Below, piece after piece: positions 54,701-64,000 of a stretch of DNA of 64,000 nucleotides (position 1 is the stretch's first letter; each line of letters starts with the position of its first letter). This DNA is from Lama guanicoe (Eukaryota). The position numbers and the translations under genes were made by a program. Below the pieces are notes generated by a model, which worked only from the letters and a program-made list of their open reading frames with translations, was not told where the DNA came from and ran no database searches. The stretch lies in NCBI GenBank assembly GCA_013239625.1, contig MU053156.1:250467-314466 (forward strand). The letters are read 5' to 3'.

Positions 54701-55250
54701 CTCTGAGTAATGCCTCTGATGGATCCCATAAGTTTTGCTATGTTGCATTTTCATTTTCATTTCTGTTGACATTTTCTGATTTCCCTTTTGAACTTTACTT
54801 GGCTCCATTGTTTGGTAAGGAGCATGATGCTTAATGTCCACATATTTGTGAATTTCCCAGTTTTCCTTCTGTTGTAGATTTCTAGTTTCATTTCTCTGTG
54901 GTCAGAAAATGTATTTACAATAGCAGGATTTCAATCTTCTAAAATGTTGGTGACCTAACATGTGAAAGTTCTTTAAACCTGTCCATACTTTTATATATAA
55001 AGTGTGACTTGTCTACAACATGTAGTGGAGTCATGCTTTTTAACCCGATCAGTATCTCTCGTTCACAATGAATATTTGGCCCATTTAGTATTTCACAGGT
55101 TTGGATTTTAGACTGTTCTCTTATTTGTGTTCTGTTTTTATTCTCTGTTCTTTGTTCCCTGTTCCTTCTTTCCTGACTTCTTTTTTGAGTGGAGTACTTT
55201 TTCATACTTTATGTCATCTTCTCTTACTGCCTTTTTAGCTATTCCTCTCT
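51710..55250 (-). mobile_element. Older L1 (L1MA/L1MB-type), ORF2 and 3' UTR with poly(A) at ~51710
   Basis: Minus-strand ORF2 peptides ISKIYKKLLQL..LNRHFSKEDIHMAN and ILPKAIRRFSAIPIK; T-run at the left end. Confidence 0.92.
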
Positions 55251-56249
55251 TTGTTTCTTATGTCTGTAATTATTTAAATGTATGCTGGGCTTTGTGTATT
55301 TAAGAACAGTTGAGGTGGAAGTGAATCTTGGTTCCCTGTAGAAAGAGGCATGCCTCTTGCTCTTCAGGCCATGGGTGTGTAGAGACTGAGTCAATTTCTT
55401 TTGTAGTTTAGCTGAATCTGGTCTTTGTTTGTTTTGTTTGCTTTGTTTGTTTGACTTAGATCCTATTCTCCACTGTCTTCATAGGTTTTAAGCAGCATTT
55501 GTGGAGACTGGAGCAATCTTTAATACGTGTTGACCAGCCAGCAGCCCATTCCTAACTTCTTGTGCTTCAGGGCCATCTGTGCCCATCCGGCTGCTCCGGC
55601 CCCAGCTTTGCAGAGCCCTGGGGGATCCTCTCTGGGTCTTTCCCTGTCCCACTCTTCAGCCTAGCCACATGTAGCCGTTAGAAGTTGGTTTGGAGTTGGG
55701 CTGGATTCTCCTTCATCAGATCTGTGGCGTTTGCTCTTCTCCCACCGTAAGTCTCTTCTCTTCTAGGAAAGGCTTTTCATTTTCTAGAATTTAGTTAATT
55801 GTGGTTTCTTTAGTCCTCAACTCTCTGATGGGTTTTTAAAAAGCAGTGATTTTGTGGTTTGCCTGCCTGGCTTGTTCTTGATTTTTAGAGTAAGGGCAAT
55901 GGTCTCTTGCAAATTTCTACATTGTTCTTAGAAACAAAAATCCACTGACACTATTCTGAATAAATTCAGTAGTCTTAGGGATTTTAAAGGTTATATTGTT
56001 ATTTGTTGAAAAATGAGTTTCCAGAAAATCTCAGTGCACGTTAAGACAATTTATTGTTAAACATATTTTCTAAAGGGAGGCATAAATAATTTGCTTTTGA
56101 CTTATCTGAATAGGAGCAGGGAGTTAGGCCTGGGATTCTTTATCATGAGTGATCCCCACAGCTTTAATGAGCCGCGGTTACTGAGGAAGGACACCTGAGT
56201 TCACAGGTGCATCGGGCAGAAAAGAGGTTCGCCCCCCCTGCCCCGGGCT

Positions 56250-56432
56250 GGGGCAGAGGTTGGCACGCTGCCTTTGCAAAGGACCCCGTTGTAAAGCTTT
56301 AGGCTTCGTGGGCTTCTGTTACGTATTGTTACTTGGCTTTGTTTTTCACAGTCTTTAAAAATGAAAAAACGTTCATAGCTGAAGCTGTGTAAAAACAGAA
56401 TCTGGGCCAGGACGTAGTTTGCTGATCCCTGG
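56250..56432. mobile_element. MER58-like DNA transposon
   Basis: Terminal inverted repeats cagaggttggca ... tttgctgatccctg; internal ttaggctt. Confidence 0.6.
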
Positions 56433-56657
56433 GCTAGATGATCTTTATAGTCATTTTTGGTCTCAAAGTTATTTTGAATTTCTCTGAACTACTGTGCATT
56501 CGGAATAGTGATGTGTGAAAATACAGAGGCTCTTAACTATAAAGCATTCTTTTCAATAATGGCCTCAACGTATCATACATGTAAACATATTTGATGTTAT
56601 GTAGGCTTTTACATATTCCATCAGATTTAAAGGAAGTCCTTTCATCTTTCTTTTTAG

Positions 56658-56975
<318 letters not shown>

Positions 56976-57366
56976 TGAGATTAATTAGGCTTTGACGTGT
57001 TTACCCTTTTCTTTACAAAGTGGGGGTTATTTTAAAGTGTTTTTAAGGTTTGTTAATGGGTAGGGAAGAACTATTTTCCCTAAATCTGTTCTTTGTGGCT
57101 AGTAAAAAAAAAAAAAAGTCACCTCCCCCAAAGCTCCAACACTTAGTTATATGTGTCAGTAAATGCTGCTTGGGAACAAAACCAAAATTTTAAATTGTTT
57201 TTAAAATGAAAATACTTGGTCTACATGCTTGAGTTTTCCCGACATAACCAAACTTGGCTATATTTTAGTTCAGTGGTTGATGTGAAGGACCACAGAGAAT
57301 TGGATGCCTTTCTGGTATACTTTCGTGTTAATAGAAATTTTTTTGGTGACACAGTTCCAGTTTTAA

Positions 57367-57648
<282 letters not shown>

Positions 57649-57744
57649 TGATTGTGTCATTTATTCTACAGGGCCGTACCTTCCTCGTTTATAAGGCATT
57701 CTAATTTATTTCTGATTGAAGAAGCGCATCCTTGTTTAGAAATA

Positions 57745-57920
57745 GCTAACATGTATTGAGCGCATACCAGCCATTGCTCCAAGTGTTTTTTCCATGTTTA
57801 TTCATTTACTGCAGCAGCATTTTGAGCCTCACACAGTGTGGATTTTCATGTTACGTTGGGAACTGAGACTTCATGGGTTAAGTCACTTCCTGAGGCTCAT
57901 CTTAATTACTGCACTCTCTG
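57745..57920. mobile_element. MIR SINE
   Basis: atagctaacatgtattgagcgc ... ggaactgagacttc ... gttaagtcacttcctgagg. Confidence 0.65.
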
Positions 57921-60603
57921 CCTCCCGTGGCCTTTGATCACAGACAGGCCTAGATTCTGAATCAGAATCTGATTCTGAATTGTGGTTTGATTGTCACCTC
58001 TATGTTGTTTTGTTTCATTTTTTGTTTTGGAGGTTTTTTGTTTTTTAAAGCTGTTAAAGAGGATCTAGTTAAGTAAATTTTTTAAGGGGTGAAGCAGATG
58101 GTGGTAATAAAAATATTCATTAAATACCGTTTGTAAAATAATAAGTTAATTCATGCTGAGTACTGCATAGTGGTGTTTTATAACAAGAGGCCAGTATATT
58201 ATTTGATGAGTGAAATAAAACTGAAGTTGATGAACACCAACCCCCGTCCCCGGTGCAGAAATCTGCGTGTGCAGCTGTCTGCTCACGGTCACCAGCCTTC
58301 CTGGGCAAGCTTTCCTGGTTCTCCAGCCAATCTCTCTCTCCTGTTCTCTTTAATAATTGTTTCAAACCCTTCTTCTCCTCTTAGAAATCTTTGGTCTTGC
58401 CTTCTCTGTTCTCTCTCACTCATCACTGTGTAAGGAACAGTCTTAGGAAAGGAACTCCTCACTGTGTGTCACCAGCCTCCGTTTGTCCTGTCCATGTCTC
58501 TCCTTGTCTGCAGCCCCTGCTCGTCCCCGGGTCTCCCGTCAGAAGCAGAACCTTCCCCTGGCCCATGTCTTTCTCGCCCCACATTTCTGCTTCCTGTGGG
58601 CTCTGTCTTGTCCCCCTTACCAGCTCCTCAGCTCGCCCCAGCTGGGCTGCCTCCCGGCTCCAAGAGCTGCTCCTGCAGGGTCACCAGTGTTGGTCACGAG
58701 GTGCCCAGACGGCACAAGGTCACTTTGCTCTGTTCCTCACTCACATTGACAACACTGGCTTGCCCCTGCTCTTCGAAGCACTCTCCTCCGTCTTACTTGT
58801 CCCTTGTCCCACCCCGTCCCACCCCCACTGTCTCTTTTCTGGATTCTCCTCTTGCTCCCGCCCTGTGCCCCTCTCCCTCACCTGACACACTTCCTGGTCA
58901 CCTCGCAGCTCTAACCAGGGACCCTAGCAACTGTCCTGAGGCACATGACTTCCATCTTTATTCTTCCCTACATGTCACTCCTGAGCCTCATGCCTTTACT
59001 TCTAATCATTTACTGTCAGTATCGCTTTGAAAGGCTCCGCAACACAACACTCCAGATGCGGCCCATGAACTGCTGCCATCATTTCCACGTCCACCGCCGC
59101 CCTCCTGCCCTTACCTGTTCTTGGTGCAAATGGCCCTGAACTCACCCTTTTGCTCAGGTCGTACACCCGGCGCCTGGGGAGTTGATCCGGACTCCTCTCT
59201 CCCTCACGCCTACAGCGAATCAGAGGGTGGAGAGCGTGCGTTCTGAATAGCCTGTGTGTGTTTTTATTCTCCCCACCTCACTTCACCCCCTTGCGACAAC
59301 CATCTCTAGTTTATCTGATTAGAAAGACTATTCTGACTGGTCCTCCACCGTCCAGTTCCATTCACCAGTCCATGCCGTTCTCTTCTCTGCAGCCAAGTCA
59401 GTGTTCAGTCAAGCAGTCTGATCCAGCTCTTGCCCCTGCTTTCAGCCAGCTCTTGGCCTTCTCTCGCACTGAAAAATAGTTTAGACTCAGGGAGGTTACC
59501 GTGGCTCCGGCAGTCCGGCCCCTATGCAGGCCGCTCGTCCTCCTCTCTGGTCCTACTGGATGCTCTTCTCTTTTTGGAATATAAAATGTGTGTTCTCGCT
59601 CACGTTTCTCCCGTCATCTGCGCTCAGCCTGGAGTGCTCCTTCCTCTGTCCTTGCCTTGGTAACTACTGTGTATCCTGCGGGTCTTAAATACCACTGCCA
59701 AAGGCTTTCCCTGATTCTCTAGAACAACCTTCCTTCCTTTTTCTCTTTCTTCCTCTAAATACGGTAAACGCTGCAAACACACAAAACCATCCTGGGCGTA
59801 GCCCAAGCCACCTGGGCCCCCCGACCCCGCGTGTAACAGATGTCAGTGTTGTGCCTTATTTGCCTCAGCTCTTTTCTGATCTAATATTTGAATACTTGAT
59901 ACATTCACATGGTTTAAAAGTAAACATAAAAGAGGATTCAGTGAACAGTCTTCCCTTCTATGTCCTCTAGCCTCAATTTCTAAATTAATGTTACTAGTTT
60001 TATGTATCCTTTTTGAGATATTATATACACATGCAAGCAAATACAAATGCATATTCTTCACCTAACCCTTGTACACAGATGGTAGTGTATTACGCATACT
60101 GTTTCACACCTGGTTTTTCATTTTAACATGTTACACATATATTTAAAAAATTTATATGTATGTATATATGGATCTTTCTGTATCATTACATAGAGAGCTT
60201 TTTCATTCTTCTTGTTTTTTTAAGTCACAGTATTCCATTGTTTAGATATTCTGTAAGTCATATCAGTAGCTCATATTAGCTTATTTCAGTCTTTTTTTTA
60301 CTACCACAAATAATGCCATAATAAATAACCCTCTATATAAATCATCCGCACATGCAGTTTGTCTGTGATAAAAATTCCTGGACGTGAAATTGCTGGGTCA
60401 AAGAACAATGTGTTTGTCATTTTGTTAGCTGTTGTCAAGTTGCCCTCCATGTAGTTTTATCAGTTTAGCTTCCCAGTAGCAGAGTCCGGAGACACAGTCA
60501 GTGTGGTCACCTTTGGAGAAGTCTGAAATGAAAAATGGTGCTGGACAGAGTATAGTTATATTTTGTTCATTTCTTCTTATGCATGAATTTTGAGTAGCTT
60601 CAT

Positions 60604-60765
60604 TAATTTTTTTAACTTTTTTTAATTGAGTTATAGTCATTTTACAATGTTGTGTCAAATTCCAGTGTAGAGCACAATTTTTCAGTTATGCATGAACATA
60701 TGTACATTCATCGTCACGTTGTCTTTCGCCGTGAGCCGCCACAAGATCATGTATATATTTCCCTG
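60604..60765 (-). mobile_element. Short 5'-truncated L1 3' end with target-site duplication
   Basis: Poly(T) then L1 3' terminus; TGAGTAGCTTCAT duplicated at 60591-60603 and 60766-60778. Confidence 0.85.
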
Positions 60766-61649
60766 TGAGTAGCTTCATAATTTAAAAACCATTAGTGTTT
60801 TCTGAGAACTTTCTGTTTTTCTACTGGATTATTTTCAATAGTATTTCTGAAATTTTGATTCTGAGACCACCTTCATTGAGTAAATATTTAATGATCCGTG
60901 CTAGCTACTGGTGCTAAAGACATAGTTTTTGCCTTCCTAACGCTTACAGTGACACAGTAAATAAACAAAACCTAATGTAATAGAGAATAGCTGTTTGTTG
61001 GGTGGACTATATTAATTCAAGTAGGCCCAACTGATAGCAGATCAGTAGACCCCCAAAATCCGGTAGCTAAAGGAATAAAAGTACTCTTTTTTATGTAATA
61101 GTCCTGCATGGGTGTTCAGGTTAGTGGTGTGGCTCTCCCCTACCGTCCTGTGACTGCCCGTCCCCGAGGGCCTGGTTGTCTGCTGCCTCCAGCAGGCAAA
61201 GGACCTGGGAGGTAATTTAGGGGCCAGATCTAGCCATGACATAGGGACTTTCATTCATATTCTTTTGACTAAAACAGTCACATGGCCATGTCTTGTACAG
61301 GGGAGGCTAGTATATGGGGTGCAGTCATGTGCTCAGGAAGAAGAATATGTTTTTTGAGGACAACTAGTAGCCTCTGCTGCAGAAGTTGGGGCAGCATTAG
61401 CCGTGGTGGTGAGGGGAGACTCTGAAACTGAAGGGGTGAGGAAGAAGCATCCAAGCAGAAATTAGAAATCAGAGCATTCTAGGCAGAAGGAAACAATAAG
61501 GACAAATACCCTGAGGCATTTAAAAGATTTTGACCAGGTAGAGGAATGGAAGGAAGACCCTGTATAGTCGGAGCCCAGGTGGCTGGAGGGAAAGGTTGGA
61601 GAGATGAGCATTGTACAGATTGCGCAGGTTGCACATGGGTTTGGGATGG

Positions 61650-63240
61650 TTCTGTTTATCCATTCATTCATTGGTGGACACTTAGGTTGTTTCCATGTTT
61701 TGGCTATTGTAAATAATGCTGTAGTGAACATGGGGTACATGTATCTTTTGAAGATAGTATTTTTGTTTTCTTCAGATAAAGACCTAAAAGTAGAGTTGCT
61801 GGATATGGTCGCTTTGTTTTTAATTTTTTGATGAACCCCCGTACTATTTTCCACAGTGGCTGCCCCAGTTAATATTCCCACCAACAGTGGGAGTCCCTTT
61901 TCTCCACATCCTTGCCAACGTTTGTTATTTGCTGTCTTTTTGATAATAGCCATTCTAACAGGTGTGAGAGGATATCTTGTCATGATTTTGATTTGCATTT
62001 GCCTGATGACTGATGGCGTTGAACATCTGTTCTTGTACCTGTTGGCCATCTGTGTGTCTTCTTTGAAACATGTCTATTCAGATCTGCTCATTTTTTAATT
62101 GGATTGTTTGGGTTTTTGCAGTTGAGTTTTAGGAGCTCTTTATATATTTTGGATACTGGCCCCTTATCAGAGACACGATTTACAAATGTTTTCTCTGATG
62201 CAGTAGGTTGCCTTTTCATCTTGTTGGTTCCTTTGCTGTGCAGTAGTCTTTTAGTATGATGTAGTCCCATGTGTTTATTTTTGCTATTGTTGCTTTCGCT
62301 TTGGTGTCAGATTCAAAACATCATCACTAAGACCTGTGTCAAAGAGCTTACCACCTATGTTTTCTTCTGAGAGTTTTATGATTTCAGGTCTTAGGTTCGA
62401 GTCTTTAATCCATTTTGAGCTAATTTTGGGGTTTGATACCAGATAGTGGTTGAGTTTCATCCCTTTGTATGGCTGTCTAGTTTTCCCAGCACAGCTTGTT
62501 GAAGAGACTGTCCTTTCTTCATTGTATATTCTTGGTTCCTTTGTCATAAGTTAATTGATCATATATGCGTGGGTCTATTTCTGGGTTCTCTGTTCTGTTC
62601 CATTGATCTGTGTGTCTGTTTTTATGCTATACTCTACTGTTTTAGTGACTATAGCTCTGTATTATAGTTTGAAATCATAGAGCATGATGCTTCCATCTTT
62701 GTTGTTCGTTCTCAAGATTGCTCTGGCTATTCAGTGGTTTTTTTGTGGATCACAAATTTTAGAATTATTTGTTCTCTAGTTTTTTGAAAAAGACCACTGG
62801 AATTTTGCCATAGGGATTGCATTGAATCTGTAGATTGCTTTGGGTGGTTTGGACATTTTAACAACATTGATTCTTGCCATCTGCGATCATGGACTATCTT
62901 TCCATTTATTTTGTCTTCTATTTCTTTTATTAGTGTCTTGTTTTCAGTATACAGCTCTTTCACTTCCTTGGGTAAATTTATTTCTAGGTATTTTATTTTT
63001 GATGCCATTGTAAATGGGACTGTGTTCTTTATTTCTCTGTTTGATATTTCCTTAGTAGTGTACAGAAATGCAGCAGATTTCTGTTATTGATTTCATACCC
63101 CACAACCTTACTGAATTCATTTATTAGTTCTAACAGGTTTTTGATGGAGTCTTTATAATATCATGTCGTCTGCAAATAGTGACCATTTTACTTCTTCATT
63201 TCCAATTTGGTTGCCTTTTATTTCCTTTTCTTGCCTTGGG
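61650..63240 (-). mobile_element. L1 ORF2 fragment
   Basis: Minus-strand peptides REMQIK-like, YPMFTTALFTIAKTWKQPKCP and KIKYLEINLPKEVKELY. Confidence 0.92.
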
Positions 63241-63506
63241 CTCCACCTGGTCCCTTCGCTCTGCTTGGATTTTTATGTTGGCAGTTTCTCTCCTGTCATC
63301 ACTTTGGTCATTCAATAAATAATATCAGGACTGAATATTTTAGCTTTTAGTGAGGGGCTACGTAGTAATAACATTTTTTTTAATAAAACTCTTTTATACC
63401 TATTCTATAAAAGCCAGTGCTGTGGTGAGTGCTTGTCCAGCCCCGACCCTGCTGCCCCGCAGTGGTGAAGGGCAGCTTCCCCAGGCCTGGCTCTCTCTCC
63501 TGACAG

Positions 63507-63696
63507 AGACGCCATGGTTGGGGACCTGATGCCAGCCGGCATGGTCGCCCTGGTGGAGTGTCCCTCGTTCTCTTCCTCGGCACCCCCTTCCCACATGTCT
63601 GCCATGGCCAGTACCATGAATGGAGAGGAATGTGTGCTGGCTGTTGATACTGAAGACAGGCTGGATCCAAATCCATGGCAAGAAAAGACGGGGGAG
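63507..63696 (+). other. Unassigned exon-like segment with open frame
   Basis: Polypyrimidine acceptor ctctctctcctgacag|, donor GAG|gtaaaa. Frame DAMVGDLMPAGMVALVECPSFSSSAPPSHMSAMASTMNGEECVLAVDTEDRLDPNPWQEKTGE. GC-richer island between L1 pieces; parent gene not identified. Confidence 0.45.
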
Positions 63697-64000
63697 GTAA
63701 AAGCAGGTGGTAGAGCAATGAAGCAGTCTTAGATCAGGAAGGAAAAGGCAGCTGATTACTAGCTTATTGTAAAGTACATGAAAAAGGGTACAGGAATAGT
63801 CAGATGAAGAGGTGCACAGGAGGGTGTCTGTAAACGTCTGTGAGGTCAAGGTGGTAGGTGGTCTTGTTGAAATCGTCTGTATCTTTACTGATTTCTGTCT
63901 ACTTGTTCTATCAGCTGTTGCAAGTTGGGTTTTGAGATCCCAGCTGTCGTTGTGGATTTGTCTCCTTTTGACATTTCTGTCACTTTTTCCTTCACGTGTT

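Noticed and set aside
58391..59139. 164-188 aa Pro/Ser/Cys-rich ORFs downstream of the DYRK1A exons
   Set aside because: C/T-rich, L2-like intronic sequence with no similarity to the His-rich last exon of DYRK1A.

Overview
Mammalian genomic DNA, very probably from a camelid, judged from a tRNA-derived vic-1-like SINE. The GC-rich first ~9.7 kb is the conserved 22q11-orthologous block. It holds the last two exons of PRODH (+) and, tail-to-tail with them, a complete 5-exon DGCR6/DGCR6L gene (-, 198 aa) with a CpG-island promoter. Beyond that promoter the sequence becomes AT-rich and repeat-dense (L1, L2, MIR, ERV/MaLR LTRs, MER DNA transposons) and contains no intact gene. It is instead a patchwork of pieces from unrelated loci: a degenerate telomere-like hexamer array, an orphan cluster of ZNF143-type promoter motifs, a processed PAIP1 pseudogene, two intron-separated EYS exons (one frameshifted), two intron-separated DYRK1A exons (open frame but diverged) and further unassigned exon-like segments. 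The most interesting reading is a mosaic segmental-duplication / evolutionary-breakpoint region next to DGCR6, where humans independently carry LCR22A. Gene identifications rest on protein sequences I recall, not on database searches. Repeat boundaries are approximate.
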